A stretch of 64,000 nucleotides of DNA from the IMG/VR virus record IMGVR_UViG_3300028746_000001; one strand, written 5' to 3'. Position 1 is the first letter of the stretch. Every line of letters begins with the position of its first letter. The notes under the pieces are model-generated. The model did not search any database. It was not told where the DNA came from and worked only from the letters and a program-made list of their open reading frames with translations. Of the stretch, positions 1-9,870 are shown in pieces. Position numbers and translations under genes: made by a program. Origin of the DNA: an uncultured virus (IMG/VR IMGVR_UViG_3300028746_000001). Taxonomy: Duplodnaviria > Heunggongvirae > Uroviricota > Caudoviricetes.

Positions 1-2
1 CG

Positions 3-146
3 CCAGTCCCTCCCGTCGCGCCGAAGCAACCCGCCGACCCGGTCCCTGACCCGGCAGTAGCCGCAGCCGCCGCTGCGACCGCCGAAGCTGAGCGCCAAGC
101 CGCTGAGCAGGCTAACGCTGCCGCTCAAGCCAAGCAACAAGCCTAA
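3..146 (+). CDS. 3' end of an Ala/Pro-rich protein (partial)
   Basis: Open frame ending ...AAAQAKQQA-TAA at 144-146, followed by a terminator. Confidence 0.6.
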   Translation, partial: PVPPVAPKQPADPVPDPAVAAAAAATAEAERQAAEQANAAAQAKQQA

Positions 147-164
147 GCGCCTCTCGCGCCCACG

Positions 165-192
165 AAAGCCCGGTTCTGCCGGGCTTTTTTTG
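165..192 (+). terminator. Rho-independent terminator
   Basis: AAAGCCCGG-TTCTG-CCGGGCTTT followed by a T run. Confidence 0.8.
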
Positions 193-229
193 TTCGTGAC
201 TGCATTCTTTGGTCACCAAAGGAGGGCTC

Positions 230-1060
230 ATGGCCTCGCAACAAACAACCGCACTTTTCCCAGACCAAGCAGCCGCAGTGCTTGACTTGCGCGCACAGCT
301 TGGACTTGGCCCCGCAAACTACATCAACATGGCCGCGCTGACTGACTCGATGGTGTGGGACAAACTCGTCGCCGCTGAAACCGAGTGCGAACGCCTGCTA
401 AAAACGTTCTTCAGCACCGTGCAGGTCATCCCGGATTTGGCTACGGATGCTGAGATCGCCGCGCTCGAAGCCGCTGGCACGCGCTACATCACAATCGCTG
501 GCTTCGACTATGACCCGGCACTGTTCCAGGGCGATCGCTGGGGCTTGATGCGCCTGCCATATCGCCCGGTCCAGCAGGTCAATTCGGTGACTATCGCGTT
601 CCCGGCACCCTTCCTACAGAACTACACGGTTCCCGGCGAGTGGATTCGCATTGACCGGAAAAACGGCGACCTGAATCTGGTTCCGACAACCGCCGCAGCG
701 ACAACTCCCGTCGGCGCTTTCGCTCTCGTCGCGATGGCCGGATCGATTACGTATCCCCAGGCAATTCAAGTTCGCTACTCGTGCGGCCTCTCGAATTCGA
801 GCGGCCAGGTGGTGACGAGCTTCGCGCAGCACTGGGACGATCTTGTTGACGTGGTCAAGCGCATCGCCATCTCGAAGATCCTGAAGATGATGATGCTGCC
901 GCAGTCCGCATCTATCTCGGCGGACGGCCTCTCTCAATCGAATTCGTTCAATTACAAGGCGTGGCAGGACGACATCAACGAGACACTGTTCGGACCCAAG
1001 GGCTCGAACGGCGGCCTGTTCACGTCCATCCACGGCATCAACGGCAGCGTACTGGGATAA
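230..1060 (+). CDS. Virion neck / head-tail adaptor protein (putative)
   Basis: ATG at 230 after AAGGAGG; position upstream of the tail genes; C-terminal SISADGLSQS motif typical of adaptors. Confidence 0.55.
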   Translation: MASQQTTALFPDQAAAVLDLRAQLGLGPANYINMAALTDSMVWDKLVAAETECERLLKTFFSTVQVIPDLATDAEIAALEAAGTRYITIAGFDYDPALFQGDRWGLMRLPYRPVQQVNSVTIAFPAPFLQNYTVPGEWIRIDRKNGDLNLVPTTAAATTPVGAFALVAMAGSITYPQAIQVRYSCGLSNSSGQVVTSFAQHWDDLVDVVKRIAISKILKMMMLPQSASISADGLSQSNSFNYKAWQDDINETLFGPKGSNGGLFTSIHGINGSVLG

Positions 1061-1063
1061 GCC

Positions 1064-1717
1064 ATGGGAATGTCATTCAGTGTAGGCGCGTTCAACCAGT
1101 TCCTTGGTCAGAGCGGGCAGGTCGGGCAGCAATACGCTTGGTATCAATCGGCTGCATGCCCATGCGCGGACCCGTACTCAGGCCAAGCCGATCCCGCGTG
1201 CCCGATTTGCCTGGGTAAGGGAAAGATTTATCCGGCGACGCCGGTCAACGGCGTGGCCGCGCTCGCCGGCCAGAACTCCCAAAAGGCTTGGATGGCTTCC
1301 GGCCAGTATGAGACTGGCGACCTCGTGCTCACGATTCCGCAGGCCACGCCGATCTATAGCATGGGGCAGTGGGACCGCGTGACCGCTCTGAACACACAGC
1401 AGGTATTCAGCCTCGTCCTTACCGCAGGGAGCCCCCTGGAGAAGCTGTGGACGAGCGTGATTGGCCTCACGAAAGTCTTCTGGATTAACGATGGCGCGCT
1501 GCTTATCGGCGACCTGCCGACGGTGAATCCGGACGGAACGATCAACTGGAGCGCTTCCCCCGTGGCCCCGCCTGCTGGTACGCAGTACACGATTACGGGC
1601 ACGAAAATGCTCGATTACTACTGCTGGGGCATGTACCCGACGAACCGGAATTTTCAACAGGGCTTGCAACTGCCGCGTAAGGTCGTTCTGCGCGACTGGG
1701 ACCTCTTCAGCCGTTAG
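1064..1717 (+). CDS. Head-closure/neck protein with Cys motif (putative)
   Basis: CPC...CPICLGKG motif; lies in the neck module. Confidence 0.5.
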   Translation: MGMSFSVGAFNQFLGQSGQVGQQYAWYQSAACPCADPYSGQADPACPICLGKGKIYPATPVNGVAALAGQNSQKAWMASGQYETGDLVLTIPQATPIYSMGQWDRVTALNTQQVFSLVLTAGSPLEKLWTSVIGLTKVFWINDGALLIGDLPTVNPDGTINWSASPVAPPAGTQYTITGTKMLDYYCWGMYPTNRNFQQGLQLPRKVVLRDWDLFSR

Positions 1718-2571
1718 CCTTCCGACATCCGCTTCATGGCCTCTCCGATCGCCGCGGTCGCGAGAGGCTGCATTTGCTGGGCGACCTTCTGCGCGATGTG
1801 CTTGCCAGGCACGGGCTTCGTAATCCATCCAGCCGATCCTTCGGCCATCACGCGGAACGTCAAATACGAGCTTCCGCCCGACGATTCCTTCATGCGCACC
1901 ATTCCCGAAAAGCGCCTCTGCTCTTGCGCCGATAGTCCGGCCGCCTTCAGGTCTGCGCGCGACAGTTTCCCGCCCCATTGGTAGTTCGCCTTGGCGACCA
2001 TGAACGTCTTCTTTGATGCGATGTTCGAGAGGAACGGATTCTGAACGGGATTGGAAGACATGCCGCTCGTCGGCGAGAGGATCACGTTCTCGCCCGACTG
2101 CCGCGCGCCAATGCCAGTGACCTCGGACGGAATCATCTCTTTGGCTAACTCGTAGACGCTCATGGGCATCGCGGGCGCGAGCGCGTCATTGCCGGGCGTG
2201 TTCTGGCGCATCGGGATCACAAGGAAGCGCCGACCTTTCTGCGATATGCGGACCTTCGTGCTCGTGTTGAGCATCAACTTCAGATCCTTCGGGGGGCGTC
2301 CCTCCTCAATTTCCTGCGCGAACTTGTAGTCGCTGTAGACCTCGGCGTTCAAGTCGTCAAGCATCCGGACCTTGATCGACTGGATGTACGGGGCCTTTTC
2401 TCCCTGCCATAGGCGAGCGCGCGCAACCGACTCTTTCCAGCGGAATGCGGTCTCGCTGGCGATGGCTCGGACGGCCTGCGCGGCGAGCGGGAATGTCGCG
2501 CCATTGATCACTTTGACTAGCTGGTCAACAGACGGCAACTGAAGCGAGATTTGGAAAGAGGTATCGGCCAT
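1714..2571 (-). CDS. Virion morphogenesis/neck protein, inverted orientation
   Basis: 285 aa; AQEIEEGRPPKDLK...GRRFLVIPMR resembles myovirus neck proteins; has its own late-promoter motif. Confidence 0.5.
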   Translation of the reverse strand: MADTSFQISLQLPSVDQLVKVINGATFPLAAQAVRAIASETAFRWKESVARARLWQGEKAPYIQSIKVRMLDDLNAEVYSDYKFAQEIEEGRPPKDLKLMLNTSTKVRISQKGRRFLVIPMRQNTPGNDALAPAMPMSVYELAKEMIPSEVTGIGARQSGENVILSPTSGMSSNPVQNPFLSNIASKKTFMVAKANYQWGGKLSRADLKAAGLSAQEQRRFSGMVRMKESSGGSSYLTFRVMAEGSAGWITKPVPGKHIAQKVAQQMQPLATAAIGEAMKRMSEG

Positions 2572-2618
2572 GCAATGAGCATGTCGTCACGTCCGGGTCG
2601 TGACGCGAGCATTAAGCC

Positions 2619-3485
2619 ATGCTCGGAAATCAAGCGCTTCCACTGCCGGTAGGGAATGCTCTCAAGGTCATCATGGACCCTGAGAGCGGGTCCATTCAAT
2701 GGCGTCTTATGCGCAATCAGACCGGCGTTTTCGCTGGCCCGACTGATCCGCTCTCGATGGTGATTTACACGGGCGATCAGGCGACGTACTGCGTAGACGT
2801 TTTCGCCTTGGTGAACGGTACGGAATATTCGTACTGCCTCTACTCGACGTTCGACGGCGAGAACTGGACCCCCAGCGCTGTATTCACGGCAACGCCGAAC
2901 GCCATCTACGGCGATCAGTCTGTAGACGCCCTGACGATTGTCCGTGACCGCATGGAAAAGGGCATGGCCGTGGAGGTATTACGCGGCACGCTCACTCCGC
3001 TTACGAAGCAAATCCCGGTGCTCAATGCGCCGCCTGCTTTCGAAGACACGCGCTGGCCGATGGTTAGCGTCCACGTGACGAGTGACGGCCCTGCTGAGCG
3101 CGCCATCGGCGAATCGATCGGCGATGACGACTGGGACCCAGCGACCGGCATGTGGAAAGAGGGCGAAGGCTGGATTGCAAACACGGTTCTCGCCATTGTC
3201 GGTTGGTCCAAGAACGCCGACGAACGCATTGCGATCCGCAAGGCCATGCGCCGCTTGGTGATTGCGAACCTGCCGGTGTTTGGCGGTCTCGGCATGTCTC
3301 GCATTGATATCAACCAATCCGATCAGGACTACGTATCAGGCGAATACCCGGCTCCCGTCTTCTCGACGGTGTGCAGCTTTTCGTGTCTCGCGCCCGCATA
3401 CATCACGGACGAAGTGCCCGTCGTTACCGAAATCACCGTGGACGGCGAAGCAGTTTTTTCAGCAACACAAAACTCGACGGCGTGA
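2619..3485 (+). CDS. Tail completion/terminator-like structural protein
   Basis: 288 aa ORF just upstream of the sheath gene; late-promoter motif. Confidence 0.45.
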   Translation: MLGNQALPLPVGNALKVIMDPESGSIQWRLMRNQTGVFAGPTDPLSMVIYTGDQATYCVDVFALVNGTEYSYCLYSTFDGENWTPSAVFTATPNAIYGDQSVDALTIVRDRMEKGMAVEVLRGTLTPLTKQIPVLNAPPAFEDTRWPMVSVHVTSDGPAERAIGESIGDDDWDPATGMWKEGEGWIANTVLAIVGWSKNADERIAIRKAMRRLVIANLPVFGGLGMSRIDINQSDQDYVSGEYPAPVFSTVCSFSCLAPAYITDEVPVVTEITVDGEAVFSATQNSTA

Positions 3486-3517
3486 AGCGCCAATCAATCA
3501 ACTGAAAAGGAATCGAC

Positions 3518-3793
3518 ATGGCTATCGACACGCCGACCAACGAAACAGCAGCAGAGCCCGCCGTTGCAGCAGCCACGGCAGCCGACACGACTTCGACCGC
3601 CGCTCACGCGAAACCGGGCGCTTTCAAGGTCTCTCTTGAGCACTTTGCAACCCGCCTCTCGGCTTCGGATAAGCGCGTTGCGCTGATTCACGGCTGGGTT
3701 CACTCGGAAAAGCGGGCGAAGAAATTCCGCGATCTGCCGGCCAATTACCAGGCTCGCTTCGCGGCTTTCGCAAGCAAGCCCATCACGCAGTAA
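3518..3793 (+). CDS. Hypothetical protein
   Basis: AAAGGA RBS; small gene immediately before the sheath gene. Confidence 0.7.
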   Translation: MAIDTPTNETAAEPAVAAATAADTTSTAAHAKPGAFKVSLEHFATRLSASDKRVALIHGWVHSEKRAKKFRDLPANYQARFAAFASKPITQ

Positions 3794-3811
3794 TCCGCTT
3801 AAAGGAGCGTC

Positions 3812-5563
3812 ATGTCCTACTTTTTCAACGGTCGCGAGTGGATTACTCCGGCCACTATGTCGGCTGTAAACGACAGCGCACTGGCTCCGACCAATGCGAA
3901 CGTCGGCAACACCACTTGCTATCTCGGTCAATCGACCGGTGGCGAGCCCGGCGTTGTGCTGTCCTTCGGAAGCCCGGACGAAGCAGAAGCCGTGCTGGTA
4001 TCCGGCGAGCTTCTGACGGCCGCAATGAAGGCTTTCAGTGCGAGCAACGAGACGGGCGGCCCGGCGACTGTTGACGTTATCCGCGTCAACCCGGCCACTC
4101 AATCGACCCTCCAACTGGTTGACACGAACAGCGCTGCGTTGATCAATGTTGCGTCGGCTGACTGGGGCCTGCGCACGGCACAAATCAAGCTCACGGTTGA
4201 TCCGGGTTCGGTTAAAGGTCTCGGTGCGACCGTTGCGCTTGGTGCGGCTTCGTACTCGACCGATAACTTGTACGCAAACCCGTTCTCGGTCGCGTACACG
4301 GGTGGCGCTGCGTCGGCTGAAATGACGATCACGCCGACGACGGTTGTTCTTCAGGCCCCGGCCGGAACCGTGGTTGCAACGATCCCGCTCGCGACCTACC
4401 CGACTGTCGGCCAGCTTGTCGATTACATCAACACGATCGCGGGCTTCGACGCCGTCGTAAATGGTGGATCGATCAATGCCCCGTCTCTCAACGGTCTCGA
4501 TTCCATCACGGCGGCAAGCGTACTGGTCACGGGCCCGAACCCGAACGGCGTCGAAGTTACGGCGAACCTCAACCAGCTTATGAACTGGATGAATTCGCTC
4601 AATGGCTTCTCGCAGCCGCTTATCACGGCTACGTATGCCCCGGGGTATTCCGGCCTTCTCCCGACTTCGATTCCCTTCACGTACCTGAAGGGCGGCTCGG
4701 ATGGCATTACCACTGCTGCGGATTACGACTCGGCTTTGAACGTGCTGCAAGCCAGCGACGTGCAGTGGCTCACGCCGATTACGGCTGACCCGGACGTGTG
4801 GGCGATGGTGGATGCGCACGTGCAGTTCATGAGCACGGTAGGCGGCATGGAGCGTCGCGCAATCGTTGGATCGGCTCTGAACACAACGGATGCCGAAGCG
4901 ATCGCGTTCGCATTCAACCTGAATTCGGACCGCACTTCACTGGTCCACTTGGGCTACTACGATTACGACCTGACCGGCACTCTGACTGGCCTTCAGTTGT
5001 ACTCGCCGTACCTGACGGCCGCTGCGATTGCTGGCGCGTTCTCTGGCGTTTCGCCGGGCACTGCCATGACCAACAAGGCCATGGCTTTCTCTGGCCTGGA
5101 GCGCTATCTGAACGTCCCGACGGATACCGATCCGCTGCTTCAGGCTGGCGTGATTCCGTTGGTGAAGGCGAAGACCGGCTACATGGTCGTGCAGTCCATC
5201 TCGACGTGGCTTGTCAATGACAACTACGACAAGGTCGAACAGTCGGTGGGCTGGGCGCTGGACTACACGTGCCGCACGTCGCGCGAAATTCTGGACCCGC
5301 TCCGCGGCGCGAAGATCACGCCGATTGCATTGGGCCGCGCTGCGACGCTGGTTGAAACGAACCTCAAGGCGCTCGCCGTTCCCGATCCGCAAGGACCGGG
5401 CGTGCTCGCTGGTGACGCCGACAACCCTCCCTACAAGAACATCGTCGCGTCCGCTGCTGGGACCGCGATCGCTGTGTCTTTCCAGTGCTCGCCTGTTCTG
5501 CCGGCGAACTACATTTCAGTCACCGTCTTCGCCGTGCCGTTCACTGGCACCGCGTCGGCATAA
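3812..5563 (+). CDS. Contractile tail sheath protein
   Basis: 583 aa; GQSTGGEPG...GELL N-terminus, LKGGSDG, LLQAGVIPL and C-terminal PVLPANYI motifs. Confidence 0.9.
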   Translation: MSYFFNGREWITPATMSAVNDSALAPTNANVGNTTCYLGQSTGGEPGVVLSFGSPDEAEAVLVSGELLTAAMKAFSASNETGGPATVDVIRVNPATQSTLQLVDTNSAALINVASADWGLRTAQIKLTVDPGSVKGLGATVALGAASYSTDNLYANPFSVAYTGGAASAEMTITPTTVVLQAPAGTVVATIPLATYPTVGQLVDYINTIAGFDAVVNGGSINAPSLNGLDSITAASVLVTGPNPNGVEVTANLNQLMNWMNSLNGFSQPLITATYAPGYSGLLPTSIPFTYLKGGSDGITTAADYDSALNVLQASDVQWLTPITADPDVWAMVDAHVQFMSTVGGMERRAIVGSALNTTDAEAIAFAFNLNSDRTSLVHLGYYDYDLTGTLTGLQLYSPYLTAAAIAGAFSGVSPGTAMTNKAMAFSGLERYLNVPTDTDPLLQAGVIPLVKAKTGYMVVQSISTWLVNDNYDKVEQSVGWALDYTCRTSREILDPLRGAKITPIALGRAATLVETNLKALAVPDPQGPGVLAGDADNPPYKNIVASAAGTAIAVSFQCSPVLPANYISVTVFAVPFTGTASA

Positions 5564-5576
5564 GGGATAGCCGAAC

Positions 5577-6023
5577 ATGGCAAACAACGCAGTTGTGAAC
5601 GGGCAGACCAACCTGCAGGTTCGGTCTGGTAACCGGATCATCATCACCTTCGGCGGCGTCCAAGTCGGGATGCTGCAGTCGGTATCGGCCAATGATGACT
5701 ATGCGCCGGAACCGGCGAGCGGCATCGGTGACATCCACGTACAGGAGAACGTGCCGACCATCGCACGTCACTCGCTGAGTGTGTCCGTCATGGTCATGAA
5801 CAAGGGCGCGATGGTCAAAGCAGGTATCGCCCCTGAGAACGGTGATGCAGTGCTGCTCGGCATTGTGTTCAACATCGAAATCTACTCGAAGGACGACGGC
5901 TCTTTGCTCGCCAACTACATCGGGTGTTCGTACGCTTCCGGCTCGCTGGAAGTAACGAAGCACGCGATCGTTATGCAGCACGGTCAACTGCTCGCCCTCG
6001 ACCGTACCGGCACCGTCGCCTAA
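5577..6023 (+). CDS. Tail tube protein
   Basis: 148 aa directly after the sheath; SGNRIII..VGMLQS..DDY..GIGDI..QE pattern. Confidence 0.85.
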   Translation: MANNAVVNGQTNLQVRSGNRIIITFGGVQVGMLQSVSANDDYAPEPASGIGDIHVQENVPTIARHSLSVSVMVMNKGAMVKAGIAPENGDAVLLGIVFNIEIYSKDDGSLLANYIGCSYASGSLEVTKHAIVMQHGQLLALDRTGTVA

Positions 6024-6067
6024 TCGAAGTCCCCGGCCGCCTTTAGGCGGTCGGTTTTATTTGAGGC

Positions 6068-6436
6068 ATGAGAATGCGCACCGCGAAGACAGACGATTTT
6101 AATGTGGACGTAGAGGGCTTCGGCCGCTTCGTCTTTGGCCGCCGCACGAAAGAGGACGTGTACAAGATCCGCTCGCGTTACAACGTGCTGACGGAAGGCA
6201 ACTACTTGGCAGACGGCAGGGTAGGCGACCTCGGAGGGCTGGGGCTCGTTACGCTCCAGACGCTGCTGGTTAGCGCTCCTGAGACGTTCAACCTGGAAGC
6301 GATGGACCCGCTGATGGACGATGACTTCGAAGAGAAGATCATGAAAGTTTTCGGCGCTCTCCGTGCAAAGGAGCAGTCTTTTCGTTCCGAACCAGCGAAG
6401 GGAAGCGAAGGCGCGGGGGCGGGAGTTAGCGAATAG
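6068..6436 (+). CDS. Tail assembly chaperone (short form)
   Basis: Between tube and tape measure genes; GAGG RBS. Confidence 0.75.
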   Translation: MRMRTAKTDDFNVDVEGFGRFVFGRRTKEDVYKIRSRYNVLTEGNYLADGRVGDLGGLGLVTLQTLLVSAPETFNLEAMDPLMDDDFEEKIMKVFGALRAKEQSFRSEPAKGSEGAGAGVSE

Positions 6437-6710
6437 TTACGAACTCTGGTTTCGCGCGAAATATAACCTCGCGCCAACCGACCCGCGCTTCCTCGCCATG
6501 ACTGACGGTGAGATTGAAGCCGAATGGTGGGCATACCACTACCAGGAGGGGAAGACGGGCGAAGAGTTCGATGACGACGATGAAAACGCCGCAAGCGACT
6601 ACCTCGCGCAAATTGAGCGCGAAGCAGAGGCGGAAGAGGCAGCGGCGGCGGCTGCAGCAGGCGGTACCCAGCCCACGGAAGACCCCGGCGACTGGGGTCC
6701 GGAAGAGTAA
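6381..6710 (+). CDS. Tail assembly chaperone C-terminal extension (+1 frame)
   Basis: Overlapping +1 frame (WFRAKYNLAPTDPRFL) that can be entered at TCT-TTT-CGT, 6377-6385. Confidence 0.65.
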   Translation, partial: FVPNQRREAKARGRELANSYELWFRAKYNLAPTDPRFLAMTDGEIEAEWWAYHYQEGKTGEEFDDDDENAASDYLAQIEREAEAEEAAAAAAAGGTQPTEDPGDWGPEE

Positions 6711-6711
6711 A

Positions 6712-6738
6712 GAAGCCCCGGTATCCCCGGGGCTTTTT
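6712..6738 (+). terminator. Rho-independent terminator
   Basis: AAGCCCCGG-TATCC-CCGGGGCTT followed by TTT. Confidence 0.75.
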
Positions 6739-6778
6739 GCTTTCGTGACGTGAGCATTAGGGCATCAAAGGAGCGAGC

Positions 6779-9700
6779 ATGCCTGAAGTAAAAATTGGTG
6801 TAGGAGCAAATGCGGGTGGAGTTGACCAGGCGATTCAAAAGATCACTGCGTCTATGAACAAACTTGGCTCTGCCGTGGCCGCGAACCAGAAGCTCAAATT
6901 CGAGCCGACGGACGTGAAGAACATGGCGCGCGACCTTGACCTCATCAACAAGCAGTTCAAGCAGACTCTGGCGCTCTCCGCTCAGGTGCGCAACGCCCTG
7001 AAAAACTCGGGGCAGAGTGATCTCCATATCTCGCAAATCGATTGGTCGAAGACTTCAACCGACCCGCGAGCGGCGCAGCGCATGCGCGATCGCGCCTTCA
7101 TGCATACGGTGCGTGGCACGTCGCTCGACCCGACCCTATCGAATGATGTAGATGGCGACGGCAACATCGTGCCGCCCGCGCCCCCGGCCAAGCCGCCAGC
7201 CAGCGGCGGCAGCGGTGGTTCTGGCGGCGGTAGCGGTGGTCGCCGGCCGCCCGCTGGTGAAGACGAGGGCAGTCGCGGCGGCGGATTCGGTCGCGGTGCG
7301 CGCCGGTACGGTCGCGGGATGGCCGGACGCACGGCGGGCGCATTCAGCGGCGGTGTCGGCGGCCCGGTTGGTGGCATGCTTCAAGAGGGCATCCAAGGCG
7401 CAGGCACTGGCATGGAGGTTGGCGGCCTGCTGGGTGGCCTCGGAGGCGCTGCCGCTGGGTTAGTCGGCGGTGGCCTTATCGCGGCCGCTGCGATGGCTGG
7501 GAAGGCCGTCTCTGAGGGCATCGACCAGGCGAAGGACCGCAACCTCGATCTGGACTTGCTGAAGCGCTCTTTGGGCGACCTCGGCGTGTCGTTCAAGGGT
7601 TTGAGTGACGCGTCTTGGGTAGCCGCGCGGGACCTCGGAATGGCGAATGGCGAATTCGTCAAGATGGAGCAGCTTGCGAACTCCGCGAGCGGGGGTGCAT
7701 ACCGCACGCCCGACGAGTTGGCTGGCGCAACGCGTTCCGGTGTTGATATCGCTCGCGCATACGGCCTGCAGCCGGGGCAGGGCGTCGCCTTCACGGCGGG
7801 CATGCAGCGCATGGACGCGCACCAGAACAATAAAGAACTGGCGGCCACGCTCGCCGAAGCAATCGTCAATACGCAGGGAAAGGCGACCCCGTCTGAAGTT
7901 ATGCAGGCGATGCAGGGATTCGCGGCGCAACAGAACCGGTTCAATTCCGGGGTGGTTGACCTCAATCGCTTCGGGAACGCCTACTCGTCAATGCTTGGCG
8001 TAGATGGCATGACGGCAGACCATGCCTCTTCAATCCTCGGTCAGGCGAACGCGTCCATGCAGCAAATGGGCGGTTCTGAGGCATCGCGCAACTTCACGAT
8101 GCAGGCGTTCGGCTCGCTCGATCCGATTCGCGCGGCGATGCGTGCAGAGGGTGGACTCTTTAGCAACGGGCTCGATAACCGGGATATCAACGGCTACATG
8201 TCGCAACACGGGTCCAAGGACTGGGAGACTCAGAACAAGGGCCCGGAGGGGACCAACTTCTCGGTAATTCGTGGCGCGTTCGACAATGCTTACGCCGGTC
8301 GTGGCCGGTACGGCGCCGAGATGGAGCTTGATGCCGAGAAGAACTATTTCGGCCTGAAGTCGTATGCCGACACGGCCTCGTTCATGAACATGAGCGACTC
8401 GGACCATAGCGGCATTTCGATGCTGTTGAAGAACGCGGGGATTGATCTTAAAGACGTTCGCGAGGGCGGAATTCAAGCGCTTGCGGGCATCTCGAAGACG
8501 ACGGACTTCCAGGGCGTCGATGACCTCTACAGGAAGGGCCCGGACGCCATCCGCAACCGCAAAGACATGAGTGAGTCGGACCTGTCTTCGCTCGATCGCG
8601 CAGAGAAGAGTGGTGACTTCGAGAAGTTCCGCAGCGAACTGGTGCGCGTCATGGCTGGAAAGGGCCAAGAGGATGACGCCGGTTCGACCCAGCGCACGAT
8701 CGACGCGAACATTTCCGACATGAAGACGATGGTCGGCGAGAAGCTGATCCCGTACACCCAGGCGATGATGGAAGGCATCCTCGCCATGGCGAACAAGATC
8801 CCTGGCGTCAACATTGCCGATCCGTCTTTGATTGGTCCGCCGAAGTCCGCCATGGGCGAGTCACTTCCTGCGGGATCAACCGTAGTGAGGGACATGGGTA
8901 GCGCCGGGAAGATTACGCGCGGTGGCGACGGCTTGCATACGGCGACCGGTGGCACTTGGTGGGACAAGGCCGTTGACGCGACGGCGGGCGGTCTCAATTG
9001 GCTGAAGGGTCAGGGGCAAGACGGCTCAGGCGACCCGCTTGGCATTCGCAGCAATAACCCTCTGAACATGCTTCACAAAGGCCAAGAGGACGTTTATTCG
9101 GACCCGACGGTCGGCATCGCTAAGGCGACGTCCAATCTGGAGAGCGGCTATCGCGGCCTGACGCTCGCGCAGATCCAGGACAAGTGGACGGGCGGCGCAC
9201 GTACCGGCAACACGCCGGAAATGATCGCCAATTACACCAAGCTTATGACGGGAGCGACGGGCCTGAAGGCTGGCGACGTTCCGAATCTTGACGATCCAAA
9301 AGTCGTGGCTGCGCTTATGAAGGGGATGATCCGGGCCGAGAACGGAAAGATGCCTTACTCGGACGACCAGGTCAACGCGGGCGTTGGCGCTGGAATGGGG
9401 CGGCTCTCTACGAAGGGATTTCATCCCGATATGTCGATTGCTGAAGAACCTACCTCGAAGCAACCGAAGCCCGCTCCCGACGATATGACGATCGTTTCTG
9501 AGCCCGCCGAAAAGCAACCGAAGCCGGCTCCCGACGACATGACGATTGTCGCAGAGACCGCCGAAAAGAAACCGAAGCCTGCTCCTGATGACATGACGAT
9601 TGTTGCAGAGCCGGCGGCAAAGATTCCCGCAAAGGACCGGTCCACGTCTGCCGCAGATGCCTCCGCAGCGGCTTCCGCATCGAAGGTTGGCTCTGCCGCT

Positions 9701-9868
9701 GGGAGCGGTGCTCCGTACGGATTTGGCGGTGGTGACATCAACATCACTCTGCAGCAGAGCGTCACCACGCCGGGAGGCGCAACGAAGACAAAGACGCTCA
9801 GCACAAAGGTTTCGAAGCCGTCCGCCTCTGGCACGCAGACCCCGACAATCATTCAAATTCCGGCCTAA
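6779..9868 (+). CDS. Tape measure protein with probable C-terminal muralytic domain
   Basis: 1029 aa, Ala/Gly-rich, after the chaperones; GIRSNNPLN...IRAENG motif of virion lysozyme-like domains. Confidence 0.85.
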   Translation: MPEVKIGVGANAGGVDQAIQKITASMNKLGSAVAANQKLKFEPTDVKNMARDLDLINKQFKQTLALSAQVRNALKNSGQSDLHISQIDWSKTSTDPRAAQRMRDRAFMHTVRGTSLDPTLSNDVDGDGNIVPPAPPAKPPASGGSGGSGGGSGGRRPPAGEDEGSRGGGFGRGARRYGRGMAGRTAGAFSGGVGGPVGGMLQEGIQGAGTGMEVGGLLGGLGGAAAGLVGGGLIAAAAMAGKAVSEGIDQAKDRNLDLDLLKRSLGDLGVSFKGLSDASWVAARDLGMANGEFVKMEQLANSASGGAYRTPDELAGATRSGVDIARAYGLQPGQGVAFTAGMQRMDAHQNNKELAATLAEAIVNTQGKATPSEVMQAMQGFAAQQNRFNSGVVDLNRFGNAYSSMLGVDGMTADHASSILGQANASMQQMGGSEASRNFTMQAFGSLDPIRAAMRAEGGLFSNGLDNRDINGYMSQHGSKDWETQNKGPEGTNFSVIRGAFDNAYAGRGRYGAEMELDAEKNYFGLKSYADTASFMNMSDSDHSGISMLLKNAGIDLKDVREGGIQALAGISKTTDFQGVDDLYRKGPDAIRNRKDMSESDLSSLDRAEKSGDFEKFRSELVRVMAGKGQEDDAGSTQRTIDANISDMKTMVGEKLIPYTQAMMEGILAMANKIPGVNIADPSLIGPPKSAMGESLPAGSTVVRDMGSAGKITRGGDGLHTATGGTWWDKAVDATAGGLNWLKGQGQDGSGDPLGIRSNNPLNMLHKGQEDVYSDPTVGIAKATSNLESGYRGLTLAQIQDKWTGGARTGNTPEMIANYTKLMTGATGLKAGDVPNLDDPKVVAALMKGMIRAENGKMPYSDDQVNAGVGAGMGRLSTKGFHPDMSIAEEPTSKQPKPAPDDMTIVSEPAEKQPKPAPDDMTIVAETAEKKPKPAPDDMTIVAEPAAKIPAKDRSTSAADASAAASASKVGSAAGSGAPYGFGGGDINITLQQSVTTPGGATKTKTLSTKVSKPSASGTQTPTIIQIPA
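9458..9619 (+). repeat. Three 54-bp in-frame tandem repeats (KQPKPAPDDMTIVxExAE)
   Basis: Visible in both DNA and protein, with a partial fourth copy upstream. Confidence 0.9.
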
Positions 9869-9870
9869 GC

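Noticed and set aside
3494..4819. Long antisense ORFs (also 9976-11022, 56929-57858, 61466-62353)
   Set aside because: Shadows of well-supported genes in GC-rich DNA, with no recognisable motifs
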